A stretch of DNA of 64,000 nt, taken from positions 190,794 to 254,793 of the forward strand of contig CAVUTB010000005.1 of NCBI GenBank assembly GCA_963744315.1, read 5' to 3'. Both the position numbers and the translations under genes were made by a program. Shown here in pieces: positions 20,527 to 32,004 of the stretch. Every line of letters begins with the position of its first letter. The stretch's first letter is position 1. This DNA comes from an uncultured Acidobacteriota bacterium (lineage in GTDB: Bacteria > Acidobacteriota > Vicinamibacteria > Fen-336). The notes under the pieces were generated by a model. The model was not told the DNA's origin and did not search any database. It worked only from the letters and a program-made list of their open reading frames with translations.

Positions 20527-23500
20527 ATGCGCTTGCGAAACCTCGCGGCTCTCATGGCCGCAGCGTTCCTCGCTGCCCTGCCGGTCGTCGCTCAGGAGAA
20601 CCGCGGAGCGATCGAGGGAGTGATCAGGGACGCCCAGGGCGGTGCCGTCGTCGGAGCCAGCGTGACGGCGAAGATGTCGTCCGCGCTCGAGACGAAGGGC
20701 GAAAGAGTGAGCGGCCCCGGCATCAGCGTCGTCACCGATGTCACGGGGACGTACCGCTTCCCGGCGTTGACCCCCGGCCGTTACGAGATCACCGCCGCCA
20801 TGTCCGGCTTCGCCCCGGCCAAGGTCCAGAACATCGACCTGCGCCTCGGCCAGCAGCTCACCATCGGCCTGACGCTCAACCCGGGCGGCGTGACGGAGAC
20901 CGTGCAGGTGACCGCCGACTCGCCGCTGATCGCGATCACGCAGAGCGCCCGCTCCACCTCGATCCGCAACGAGGAGATCGAGAAGATGCCGAAGGGCCGG
21001 GACTTCGTGTCGCTCGTCACCCAGGCGTCCGGAGCGAACGACCGAGCCGGCAGGGCTCGGCGAGCGCTCGGCCGCGATCATGATCGACGGCTCGTCGGGC
21101 GGTGAGAACCGCTGGATCATCGACGGCGCCGAGGCGACCAACATCCAGAGCGGCGCCCAGGGCAAGCTGATGGTCACCGACTTCGTCGAGGAGGTCCAGG
21201 TCAAGTCCTCGGGCTACACCGCCGAGTACGGCGGCTCCACCGGCGGCGTGATCAACGTGCTCTCGAAGAGCGGCAGCAACCAGTGGCGCGGCGACGCGCT
21301 CGTGTACTTCGAGTCGGACGCGCTCGACTCGGACCCGCGCCCGACGCTGCGGCTCAACCCCACGAACGACCGCCAGTCCGAGTACGTCAGCTACCCGAAG
21401 GACGAGTACAACCGCATCGAGCCGGGCTTCAACATCGGCGGGCCGATCGTCCGCGACAAGGTCTGGTTCTTCGCGGGTTACATCCCGCAGTTCCGGCCGC
21501 TCGACCGCACCGTCACGTTCCGGTCCGACGGCTCGACCAACACCTTCCGCGAGGACTTCAGCGCGAACTACCTGACCTCGAACCTGACCGCCCAGTTCGG
21601 GCCGCAGTGGCGGATGCGCGCGGCGTACAACATGGAGCAACACGAAGACCGAGGGCTCGCTGCCCGCTCTGGACGGCACCAGCAGCCCGACCCAGAGCTA
21701 CGCCCAGAATTTCGTCCGGCCGAACTGGGCGGCTTCGATGACGATCGACTACACGCCGAGCAACAAGGTCTTCATGAGCCTGCGCGGCGGGTACTACCAC
21801 AGGGACAACTACACGGAGGGCGTCTACAAGGGCGACCAGTGCAGTACTTCGGCTCGTCCGTCGGCACCCCCGGTGTGCCGCCCCAGTGGCAGCAGGCGAG
21901 CGGCTACCTGAACGTGACCACCAACAACGCCCGGTCGCGGGACAAGCAGAAGCGCTTCCAGCTCCAGGGCGACACCACGTTCTTCTTCTCGGGCGCCGGC
22001 GAGCACCAGCTGAAGGTCGGCGCGCAGCTGGATCAGATCGGCCTCGACGAGCTCACGGGTGAGCAGGGCAATCGGCTCCAGATCCGCTGGAACCAGCGCC
22101 TTCGCCGGCGAGCGCGGCGCCGTTCGGCTACTACCAGGTCCGCAGCAACGGCCGTTCCCGAACCAGGGGTTCATCACCCAGGGCGACGTGAGCGTGAACA
22201 ACCTGGGGCTGTTCATTCAGGACTCCTGGACGATCAGCCCCCGCTTGACGCTGAACCTCGGCCTGCGCACCGAGAACGAGCACGTGCCCACGTTCGTCCC
22301 CGACGACCCGACCGTTCCCGAGTACGCCATCGAGTGGGGCTTCGGCAAGAAGCTCGCCCCGCGCGCCGGCTTCGCCTGGGACGTCCAGGGCAACGGCAAG
22401 ACGAAGGCCTACGGGTCGTGGGGCGTCTTCTACGACATCTTCAAGCTCGAGCTGCCCCTCGGCTCCTTCGGCGGCCAGAAGTGGCTGGAGTACTACTACA
22501 CGCTGGACAGCGGCGACATCAGCCCGATCGTCGACAACACGGCTGTCCGCCGGCGTGCCCCGGGACGCTGCTGCGCGGACCGATCGACTTCCGCCACGTC
22601 TCGCTCGAGGGCTACGTCGACCCCGACCTGAAGCCCATGCAGAACCAGGAGATCGTGCTCGGCATCGAGCGCGAGGTGGCCGCGAACCTGTCGGTGGGCG
22701 CCCGCTGGGTGCACAAGTGGCTGGTGCGCGCGCTGGACGACACGGGCTCCGTGGACGCCCAGCAGAACGAGATCTACACCATCGCGAACCCGGGCGAGGG
22801 CCTGACGTCGGTCGCGTACTCCTTCTCCGACGGCAGCGGGACGGTCCCCATGCCCAAGCCGAAGCGCGAGTACGACGGCGTCGAGCTGACCCTCAACAAG
22901 CGCCTGTCCAACAACTGGTCGGGCCGGCTCAGCTACCTGTGGAGCCGGACGTTCGGCAACTACTCGGGCCTCTCGCAGACGGACGAGAACGGCCGCCAGA
23001 GCCCGAACGTCGGGCGCCTGTACGACTACCCGGTCATGGAGTTCGGACAGGACGGGCAGCCGGTGTACGGGGTCCTCGCCACCGACCGTCCGCACCAGGT
23101 CAAGGCCCAGTTCCTCTACGACTTCAGCTTCGGGCTGAGCGCGGGCCTCAACTGGTACGGCGCCTGGGTCTGCCGAAGTCGCGCGAGATGGGCTTCCTGC
23201 CGCCCAACAACTTCCCGGTCAACTACCTCGGGCGGAACAGCGACGGCCGCACGCCGTTCTTCAGCCAGGCCGACCTCTACGCCCAGTGGCGCCTGAAGCT
23301 GGGCGATCGCTCGGCTCTGACCTTCTCCGCGAACGTCATCAACCTGCTCGACCAGGAGACCGCGGTCAACTACTTCGCGACCGAGCACTACGGCGCCGGC
23401 GTCAACGGCGACCAGGACGCCTTCTACCGCGGCCAGATCAACTTCCAGACGGCCGCGCAGCAGCAGGGCGTGCTGACGGACGCGCGGTTCCTGAAGGACA

Positions 23501-23553
23501 ACGGCTACCAGCGTGTTCGGTCGATCCGACTCGGAATGAAGTTCAGCTTCTGA
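20527..23553 (+). CDS. Oar-like TonB-dependent outer-membrane receptor with CarboxypepD_reg domain (multiple frameshifts)
   Basis: Signal peptide MRLRNLAALMAAAFLAALPVVAQE; carboxypeptidase-regulatory-like domain (VTDVTGTYRFPALTPGRYEITA); plug/barrel fragments in 21080..23296, 22059..22631 and 22555..23553. Ends ...RLGMKFSF with a terminal aromatic residue. Strong AAGGAGGA RBS. Confidence 0.8.
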
Positions 23554-23594
23554 TCGACCCGGCCGTCGGGTAGCGCGGCTACTCGAGGGTTCCA

Positions 23595-23637
23595 GGGGGT
23601 GGCGAGCGCGAGCTCGTCGCCCCCTTCTTCTTTGTGG
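23595..23637 (+). terminator. intrinsic terminator after the TonB-dependent receptor gene
   Basis: Imperfect GC hairpin GGGGGTGGCGAGC-GCG-AGCTCGTCGCCCCC followed by the T-rich tract TTCTTCTTTGTGGT. It is 40 nt after the stop. Confidence 0.5.
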
Positions 23638-23671
23638 TGCCCCGGCGCGGGCGGCAACTCGTGATCGCCGC

Positions 23672-25619
23672 TCAGCGCTCCCGAGCCAGCAGCTCGCGCA
23701 GCCGCGCCTGGCTCGGGTCGAGCGACAGAGACAGCTCGAACGCGGCGCGCGCCTCGGCTTGCGGCCGAGGCACATCAGCGCCGAGCCGGCCAGCCCGTGC
23801 GCGATGCGCCAGCTGCGGCGCCGCCCGCCGGGCGGCGTCGAAGTCCTCGTACGCCGCCCGCACTCGCGGCGCTGGATCCGGATCCGCCCCCGCTGCATGC
23901 GCAGCCGCGCGTCGCCCGGGCGCTGCGTCACGGCGCCGTCCGATCAGCCGCAGCGCCCGCGGCGCAGGTCGCCCGGCCCATGTCGGCGACGGCGACCCTG
24001 CACCAGATCCGGCCGTCGCCAGGCCGTCGGCGAGCGCGCCAGCAGCAGGGCGTCGGCACCTCGGGAGTCGGCCGTCGCTTCTCGAGGATCGCGGCGAGGT
24101 TGTACTCGGCGGGCACAGGTGCGGGTCGAGGCGCAGCGCCTGCTCGAACGCCGCGCGCGCCTCGGCGAGGCGTCCCGGCCTCCCAGCAGCGTGCCCTCGT
24201 TGATGAACGAGCCGGCCGTGCGCGTGCTCGCGCCCGCGGCCGGGCGTGACGCCGACTCGCCGCGCCCACGTAGCCGAGGGCCTTCAGGCGGCTCGATCGC
24301 CTCGTCGGCGGCGCGGACCGGCGGCGCACCGGCGGCGCGGCGGAGCGCGGCCCGTAGTTCTCGACCGGCGCACTCTCGGCGCAACCCGCCAGCGCCGGGC
24401 CTTCGGTCCCGGCCGCGCGCGGCAGGCCGGCAGGCCGAGGATCGTGGCCGCGACCTGGCCCGACGCGACCTTCGCCGCGGGCGCCGAGGGCTCGATGCCC
24501 TTGCCCCACAGCACGTAGATGCCCTCGTCGCGGTGCCAGAGGCCGGCCGTCGCGCTGGCCAGGCTGTCGGGCGCGCGGCCGGCCCTCGCCCCAGAGGAAC
24601 CCGTGGTCGGAGACGATGAGCAGCGACGGCGCCGGTCTCCTCCGCCAGCGCCCGGTACTCGCCGAGCAGGCCGTCGATCTCGCGGAAGTACGCCTCCGGC
24701 ACCGACTGGTAGCGCTCGAAGTCGGCCTGGGCGATGCTGCTGGCGCGGCGGCGCGAACGCCGCGAAGACGTGGCCGATCGTGTCGGTGCCCTGGACATAC
24801 ACGAACGACAGCGCCGGCCGCTTGCGTCGAATCTAGTCGACGCGAGCCGATGGTAGAGCCGCGTCTCGACCAGGATGCGCGGCGCAGGGTCGTGACGGGA
24901 TGGGCGTACGGGTCGCGGCCGGCCGCGAGCGTCGCGTATTCGGCGCCGTCAGCCAGGGGAGGTACGCCTGCAGCGCGGCGAGCGTCACCTCCTGCCTCCA
25001 CCTCGCTTGCGCGCCGCGAGCACGCGATCCTGCTCTTCCGCCGGATGGACGACACCCGCCGGCACGCGGCTCCCGGACGTAGAAGGAGAACAGGCGGTCC
25101 GAGACCATCAGCCCGCGCACGGGCTCGGCGGGGTGCGTCGCCCAGATGCCGAAGACGGCGACGTCCTTCTCGGCTCGCCGGCCATCTCCCACACGGCCTT
25201 CTCGCGCCGCTCGTCGGAGGTGATCGGCTCGCGCGCGCCGGTCTCCGGGTTGAAGCGCGTGAAGTCGAGGATCCGGTGCTTCAGCGGGCTGACGCCGGTC
25301 GGCATCGTGGTCCAGACCAGCGGCGACAGCGGCGGCACGAACGAGCGGAGCACGACCGGAGCGGCCCTCGCGCACCAGCCGCGCGAGCTCCGGCATCGCC
25401 CCGTGCGCCCTGTAGCCGTCGAGGAGCTGCCAGTCCGCGCCGTCGAGGCCGACGACGATCACCCGGCTGGGAGAAGGCCCGAGCACGGCCCCGATGCACG
25501 CCAATCGCCACTGCGGCGCAGCAGACTGCCAGCCCAAGGAGTCGGACGACCCACCGTAGCGAGGCCCGCCGCGTGTCGGATCCGGCTTCCGCCGGCTTTT
25601 TCTTCGACGCTGCGGCCAT
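23672..25619 (-). CDS. alkaline-phosphatase-superfamily (type I phosphodiesterase/nucleotide pyrophosphatase-like) protein with C-terminal TPR-like repeats, heavily frameshifted
   Basis: N-terminal TM segment (MAAASKKKP...LLGLAVCCAAVAIGV), then RVIVVGLDGADWQLLDGYRAHGAMPELARLVREG, PPLSPLVWTTMPTGVSPLKHRILDF, VSDRLFSFYV, SLASATAGLWHRDEGIYVLWGKGI. C-terminal TPR-like tail (23672..23863 and others). Confidence 0.55.
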
Positions 25620-25628
25620 GAGCCGGAA

Positions 25629-28375
25629 TCAGCCGCCGGCGCGCGCGTCGAGGTAGCGAAGCCAGCGCTCCACGACCTCGTCGTTGGGTCCTTTGCCGTC
25701 GAGATACGCCTTCGCGTACCGGCGCAGGCGCTGCTGCTCCTCGGCCTTGACCCCGCCCGCGGCTTCGCGCGAGAAGCTCTCGAACAAGAGCGCGAGCGTC
25801 GCGAAGAGCGCACGCGTGTCGTCCGGGTGGGCTTCGACCCAGGCCGACAGCATCGTGAGCGCTTCCTCGCGGCGACCCGCCATGGCGTACGCCGGACCGA
25901 GCCTCTGGCGCAGGCCCGCGTCCTGCGGAAACGCCGCGAGGCCTTCGTCGAGGATGGCGACCGCCTGGTCGGCTTCGCGCACGCGCATCAGCGCGTCGGC
26001 CAGGAGCCCATACAGCACGGCGCTGCCGGTCTCGCCGATCAGCGCCGTCTGCCAGGCGCCGATCGCCTCCAGGTCCTTGCCGCCCGCGGCGAACACGCCC
26101 CCATGTACACGGCCGCAGGAGAAGAAGCCGCCGTTGGCTCGAAGCGACGCCTGCAGCTGGGTCATCGCGGCGTCGTATTTTCCGGAGGCGCAATAGGACA
26201 CGCCGCGCAGGAAGGACACGCGCGCGTCCGGCTTGGCTCGCCGCGAGACGCCCGAGCATCGCTTCCGGGCGACCGGCGCGCGCGTCCTCGACGGCCGCCG
26301 CGAGGCCATCCGGCGCGGTGACCTGGGCACCAGCTCGCTCATGCGCTCGAAAAAATGGCCGAGCATCTCGGGGGCCAGGACTGCCGACGGCTCGTACGGA
26401 CGCTGCTCGCTGAGCAAGGCCGCGAGCGGGGAGCGGCTCGGCGGTGCGCCGGCACGCGGGATCGCGACGTGGAAGGGGCGCGTGAGCGCCGCCACGGGCT
26501 TGCCTTCGCGCTGACCGCGGCGCGCGCCAGGTACTCGCCGGCGGAAGCAGTCCACCCGCGATGGGACACGCCGACGCGCACGCCGCCCGCGTCGGGGCCG
26601 CTCGCCTCGGCCGGCACGCGCAGCAGCGCCGGGCCGTCGGCGCTCTCGACCAGTCGAACGCCACGGCCGCGCTCGCGAGCGCGGCATCGTCGGGGCTCGC
26701 CAGCTCGACGAGCGCCAGCAGCCCGGCCGAGTCCGCCTCGAGATCCACGACCGGCACGCAGCGCGCCGCTGCCCGGCGGGGCGAGCACCAGGTCCGAGAT
26801 CCGCAAGCCCCCCGCCGAGACCACCGCCGCCTTGGCCTCGTGCTGGACGCTCCCCCGCCGCCCCGAAGCGTCGACGGCTACGAGGCGCAGCGTGTAGACG
26901 CCTGGGGTCGACGGCCGCTTCACCGGCGAAGAGCACGGCGTTTTCCGTTCCCGCAGACAGCCCCTCGACCAGGCGGCTCGCCGCCAGCTGCCGCCGGGCG
27001 CAGCAGCGGCCGACCCGAGCAGATGCTCACGGCCGGCTGGGCGTTCGCCACCTCCGCCGCCACCAGCAGCCGAACCTTGTCGTCCGGGGCGGGACGCGCG
27101 TAGGTCGCGACGCGGACGAGAGGCCGCGCTCGACGAGCGGCGAGCGGAGCGCCGTGGTGATCACCTGCTGCGTGCTGGGCGGCTTCGCGGGAATGTTGAG
27201 CACGCTGCGCCAGCGGATCGACACGCTTTCGCGCTTCACCCTGACCCGGATCGCGTGCTGCTTGCCGTCACGGTCGCCCGCCTGCGGCTCGAAGGCCACG
27301 AGGTAGTAGCCCATCAGCTCGCGTGCGATGCGCTGGAATGGGGCTTCGGCCGAGCCGATCACCGGCAGCACGGCGCCGCGCGTCATGCCGGCCAGGTCGT
27401 AGAGCGCGGCCGCCTCCGAGGTCGCGTTCCTCCGGCGTCGCGAGCTGCTCCTTCCGGTACGCGGCGTCGACTCCCGAGCTGTCGAGCAGCAGCACGAACA
27501 GCGTCACCTGGGCCTCGGCCGCGGCTACTGCGAGCTGTCCGCGTCTCACTGGGTGAGTCGGTCGCGAGGCCCTCGGAGATCAGCACCACCACCTTCGGCC
27601 CCGGAACGCTCCGCAGCGACAGGAACACCGTCTCGATCGCGCGCTGCGACTGCCGCGAGCGCTCGCGGTAGTTGAGGTACACCTGCTGCGCTTCGGCCTC
27701 CATCTGCTGGATGCACTGGTCGAGCTGCGCGGCGATCAGGAAGTGCCCGCACTCGAGGTCCACGAACTGCTGCCAGCGCAGGCGGTCGTTGAGCTTCAGG
27801 TAGGCGATCGCCTCCGAGAGCGGGACCTGGAAGCCCGCGCGCTCGCCCTGGCCGACGATGTACTTCAGGCCGCGGCGCACCTCGTCGTGCTCGGCGGTGA
27901 ACTCGATGTTCGGCCCCGGCCCCGGTATCGCCGCGAGCCCGACGCGATCGGACGAGGTGAGCGTGCCGAGGAAACGGTCCGCGGCGGCCATCGCGAGGCG
28001 CCCGGAGCCGCGGCCCAGGTTGCCGCGATCGACCAGCAGCAGCACGAGCCTTCCCGGCGAGGCGTCCTCGTTGCTGCTGTAGTGCGCCGGCCGTGGAGCG
28101 GTGCGCGCTGGCGGCTCGATGTCGCGGCCCAGGTACTCGGTCGAGGCCACCACGCGGGGCCGGCCGTCCACCTCCACCTCGAAGTCCTCGGGCGAAAGGC
28201 CCAGCAGCGGCCGCCCCTCGCGGTCGACGACGCTCACGTCGACCGCGACCAGGTCGACGCCCACCTCGAAGACGGGCGGCTGCGGAGCGGGGTCCTGGGA
28301 CTGCGGAGCGGGGTCCTGGGCGGCCGCCAGGCAAGCGGCGAGCGCCGCCGCGATGAGCATGACACCTCTCCTCAT
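25629..28375 (-). CDS. secreted vWA-domain protein (TIGR03436-like) with long C-terminal extension ending in TPR-like helices, many frameshifts
   Basis: Signal peptide MRRGVMLIAAALAACLAAAQ. vWA core (LVLLLVDRGNLG...VVVLISEGL). TIGR03436-type segment MGYYLVAFEPQAGDRDGKQHAIRVRVKRESVSIRWRSV. The extension is stitched from 26339..26923, 25459..26757 and 25629..26936. Whether the TPR tail is a separate gene is unresolved. Confidence 0.5.
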
Positions 28376-28399
28376 GCTCCGGATAGGACATGCGCAATT

Positions 28400-29144
28400 C
28401 GATGTTCAAACCCGTGGACCGAGCCTCAATGCGCCTTGCCTCCCCGCCGCCTCCGAGCCGGGAGAGCGCCTCGAGCGCCGCCGCCTGCTGCGCCGCCTTC
28501 TTGGACGTGCCTTCTCCCACGGTCACCGTGCCGTCGTCGAGCCGGCACTCGATCCGGAAGCGCCGGCGGTGGTCGGGCCCCTCCTCCCGCTGCACGCTGT
28601 AGCTCGGCAGCGCGCGGCCCTGGGCCTGCAGGCGCTCCTGCAGCAGGCTCTTCGCGTCGACGCTCGCGGCCTCGGGCGCCTCGACGTCGGCTTCGAACGC
28701 GTCGCTCACGAAGCGCCGCGCGGCCGCGAAGCCGCCGTCCAGGTAGAGGGCCGCCAGCACGGCCTCGTAGGCGTCGGCCCAGAGCGCCGCCTTGGCGCGG
28801 CCTCCCGACTTCTCCTCCCCGCGCCCGAGCCGGAGCAGCGTCGGGCAGGCCGAGCGCCTCGGCCCGGGCGCGCCAGGCTCGGCGCCGAGACGAGCGCCGC
28901 GCGCCGCCGGCTCTTCGCGCCCTCGCTCCCCTCGGGATCCAGCCGGTGCAGCAGGTCGGTGACCGTCAGGCCCAGCACCGCGTCGCCCAGGAACTCGAGC
29001 GGCTCGTTGTCGCGGCGCTCCTCGGCGGCCGCTCGTTCGCCCGGCTGGCGTGCGTGAGCGCACGGTCGAGCAGCGCCAGGTCCTTGAAGCGGTGGCCGAG
29101 CCGCTGCGCCAGGCGAGGAGCAGCGCCTTGCGCTCCTCCGTCAC
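28400..29144 (-). CDS. rnc: ribonuclease III (frameshifted, 3' end approximate)
   Basis: GTG start overlapping the upstream stop (GTGA). Catalytic signature ERLEFLGDAVLGLTVTDLL. dsRBD: DAKSLLQERLQAQGRALPSYSVQREEGPDHRRRFRIECRLDDGTVTVGEGTSKKAAQQAAALEALSRL. Confidence 0.8.
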
Positions 29145-31222
29145 GCGGCCTTCTCCTCCGCCACGACCTTGAGCACGACGAGCGTCATGTCGTCGTGCGG
29201 CAGCGCGTCGCCCACGAAGCCCCGCACCTCCTCGAGGATGCGCTCGCGCAGCTCCTCGCTGCCGAGCCCCTGGCTCTCCTCCAGGATGCGGCGCAGCCGG
29301 CCCTCGCCGAAGAGCTCGGCGCCGGCGTTCATCGCCTCCGAGAGCCCGTCGGTGAAGAACAGGAAGAAGTCGCCCGACTCGAGCGCGACCTCGGACTCCT
29401 CGAGGATCGCCTCGAAGCGCTCGCCGGCGTCCAGACCGAGGCCCAGCCCGGCCGGCGCCAGGATCACGCTCTTGCCGGTGCGCGCCTGGAGGTGGATCAG
29501 CGGATTGTGGCCGGCCCGCGCGTAGCGCATGCGCCGCGCCGCCGTGTCCACCACCGCGTAGGTCATGGTGACGAACGAGCGCGCGTCCATGTTGGCGCTC
29601 AGGATGCGGTTGGCCTCCTCGAGCAGGCGCTTGGGCGAGTCGTAGATGCGCGACAGCGACAGCACCAGCCCCTTCAGCTCGGCCATGTAGAGCGCGGCGG
29701 AGGTGCCCTTGCCGGAGACGTCGGCCACCAGCACCCCCATGCGCGTGGGCCCGAGCGGCAGCAGGTCGTAGTAGTCGCCCCCGACCTCGGCCGCGGGGAG
29801 ACAAAGAGCGGCGATGCGGACGCCCGGCACGCTCACGAGCCCCTCGCCCGGCAGCAGGCTCATCTGGATCTGGCGCGCGATCCGGAGCTCCTCCTCGAGC
29901 CGCTCCTTGTCGGCCTGCTCGCGCATCAGCTGCTGGATCCCGCGCGACATCAGGTTGAACGAGGCGGCCAGCTCCCCGAGCTGGTCGCGCGAGCGGAGCG
30001 CGATCACGTGCGAGAAGTCGCCCTCGCGCAGCTTCTCGGTGCCGACGGAGAGCGCGTGCACGCCGCGCGTGATCGAGCGCGCCAGCATCAGCCCGAGCGC
30101 GAGCGCCACGCCGTACATCACGACGAACACGGCCCCCACGATGCCGAGCGAGTAGAGCAGGAGGTCGGGCACGCTCCTCCCGCTCGCATCGCGCGGCAGC
30201 TGGATCGGCGCGAGGCGCCGGATCAGCACGCGCGGGTCGTACTGGATCGGCCACGGCGTGCCCGCGAGCGCGACCGTCTCGCCGCTGTCCCACGCCGTGC
30301 GGTCGGGGAAGGCGACGAAGAGCAGGCCGGCCCCCTTCTTCGCCTTGTAGCGGCGGCCCTCCGTCTCGATCTCGACCTTGCCGTCGCCTGCTTCGAGCCG
30401 GACCTGGCGCTCGCCCGCGTCGGAGCTGCGCCTCTCGACGATCTCGGTGCGGTCGAGCACGTGGATCGCCGTCCGCTTCTCGATCTCGGCCAGGAACGCG
30501 GCGTCGACCGGCAGCTCGACCACGAGCGAAGCACCGCCTTCCTGGCGGACCGCGCGCAGCACCTCGCTCTTCGCGCCGTCCTCCTGCCCGACTGCGACCA
30601 GGCTCCTGAAGTCCGGGGCCTGCAGCCAGGCGGGCAGCGCCACGGGAGCCGCGCCCGCGTGGGCGACGACGCGCCCGCCCCGCAGCAGCGTGTAGGCCAT
30701 CCCGGCGTGCAGCTCGCGCGCGGCCGCCAGACGGGCCGGCAGCTGGCGGGCGGCCTCGGCATCGCCCGCCGGCAGATCGGCGAGCGCCATTCGCGAGATC
30801 GCGAGGAGCACGTCGCCGGTGCGATCGACCTCGCTCGTGACGAGGCGCGAGGCCGTGAGGCCCAGCAGCAGCACGACGGCCACGCACATGAAGAGGCTCA
30901 GCAGGACCACCGGCACGAGCGCGATGAAGAGATACGAGACGATCAGCTTGGTCCGGATCCTCCACAGCAGCGGCCCCGTCAGCCAGCGAAGAGCGCGCCA
31001 GACGAGCCAGGCGAGGAACAGCCAGCGGACGATCCCGGCGGGCACGGCCAGGATCCCGGGCAGCTCGCGGCCGGCGAGGGACAGCAGGCCCTCGACCAGC
31101 CACAAGACGAAGGCCGCCAGCACGATGCGGCCCGGCCAGCCCTGGAGGAAGAAGGCGCGCGCGCGGGCGAGCGGGCTCGGCCGCGGCGCAGCCGGGGCCT
31201 CGAGCAGCAGGGGCCGGATCAT
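29141..31222 (-). CDS. membrane sensor protein-serine phosphatase (multi-TM, HAMP, PP2C/SpoIIE, RsbU-like)
   Basis: 693 aa intact. About four N-terminal TM helices, HAMP domain (ITRGVHALSVGTEKLREGDFSHVI), PP2C motifs (GGDYYDLL, VADVSGKGTSAA, FFTDGLSEA). Confidence 0.85.
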   Translation of the reverse strand: MIRPLLLEAPAAPRPSPLARARAFFLQGWPGRIVLAAFVLWLVEGLLSLAGRELPGILAVPAGIVRWLFLAWLVWRALRWLTGPLLWRIRTKLIVSYLFIALVPVVLLSLFMCVAVVLLLGLTASRLVTSEVDRTGDVLLAISRMALADLPAGDAEAARQLPARLAAARELHAGMAYTLLRGGRVVAHAGAAPVALPAWLQAPDFRSLVAVGQEDGAKSEVLRAVRQEGGASLVVELPVDAAFLAEIEKRTAIHVLDRTEIVERRSSDAGERQVRLEAGDGKVEIETEGRRYKAKKGAGLLFVAFPDRTAWDSGETVALAGTPWPIQYDPRVLIRRLAPIQLPRDASGRSVPDLLLYSLGIVGAVFVVMYGVALALGLMLARSITRGVHALSVGTEKLREGDFSHVIALRSRDQLGELAASFNLMSRGIQQLMREQADKERLEEELRIARQIQMSLLPGEGLVSVPGVRIAALCLPAAEVGGDYYDLLPLGPTRMGVLVADVSGKGTSAALYMAELKGLVLSLSRIYDSPKRLLEEANRILSANMDARSFVTMTYAVVDTAARRMRYARAGHNPLIHLQARTGKSVILAPAGLGLGLDAGERFEAILEESEVALESGDFFLFFTDGLSEAMNAGAELFGEGRLRRILEESQGLGSEELRERILEEVRGFVGDALPHDDMTLVVLKVVAEEKAA

Positions 31223-31284
31223 GGGGCGAGCTTCAATCTAGCATCCGTTGACAGCCCCGCGGGGCTTCGCTAGCGTGATCGTGC

Positions 31285-31941
31285 ATGCTCGTCGCGCTCG
31301 TCCTCGCCGCGGCCATCCAGACGGGGGCACCCGCCGATCTCGCGGTGTCGGGCGTCGTGGTACGCAAGACGCCCGAGCGCTCGACGGCGATCCTGAGCGC
31401 CGGGGGCAAAACCCGCGTCGTGGCCGTAGGCGATGCGGCCTTCGGCGGCCGCGTCGTCTCGATAAGCCCTGAAGTCGTCGCGCTCGAGTTCGGAAGCCAG
31501 CGCGTCGAGCTGCGCCTGCCCACTGCGCTGCAGGCGCCCGCCCGGCCGGCCGCGCCCGCGCGAGCCGCCGCGGCCGCACCCAGCGTGCCCGCCGGCATGC
31601 CTCCCGAGGACCCCGCGACTCCCGCGAAGAGCATGGAGCGCGTGGAGGTCCAGCGACGGCTCGGCGACGAGATCCCGCGCATCCTCGCGGAGACGGCGGT
31701 CGCGCCGGTGATGGAGGACGGCCGCGTGGTCGGGGTTCAGCTCGCCCGGCTCGCCGAAGGCAGCCTGCTCACGGACGCCGGGTTGCGTGCCGGCGACGTC
31801 ATCACGCAGATCAACGGCACCGAGATCGACGGCCTGGCGACGCTCGTCGGGCTCTGGCCGCGCCTGCAAAGTGCTACCGAGTTGCGCGCCGTCGTCACCC
31901 GCAACGGCCAGCCGATCTCCATCGTCGTAGCCCTCCGCTAG
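31285..31941 (+). CDS. GspC-like periplasmic PDZ-domain protein
   Basis: 218 aa. Signal/TM at the N-terminus, Ala/Pro linker, PDZ domain (DGRVVGVQLARLAEGSLLTDAGLRAGDVITQINGTEIDGLATLVGL). Followed by the hairpin CTCGCCCCGGGGCGAG. Confidence 0.55.
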   Translation: MLVALVLAAAIQTGAPADLAVSGVVVRKTPERSTAILSAGGKTRVVAVGDAAFGGRVVSISPEVVALEFGSQRVELRLPTALQAPARPAAPARAAAAAPSVPAGMPPEDPATPAKSMERVEVQRRLGDEIPRILAETAVAPVMEDGRVVGVQLARLAEGSLLTDAGLRAGDVITQINGTEIDGLATLVGLWPRLQSATELRAVVTRNGQPISIVVALR

Positions 31942-32004
31942 CCGGCCACGGGCTCGCCCCGGGGCGAGTGATCGCGCGTGCGATAATGCGCGCGACCTCA
32001 CGAG

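Noticed and set aside
27546-31273. Giant overlapping ORFs of 1185 aa (minus) and 1176 aa (plus) covering the vWA, rnc and PP2C region
   Set aside because: Arg/Ala/Gly-rich nonsense translations typical of stop-poor alternative frames in 70% GC DNA. The real genes (vWA, rnc, HAMP-PP2C) are read in other frames with clear family signatures.
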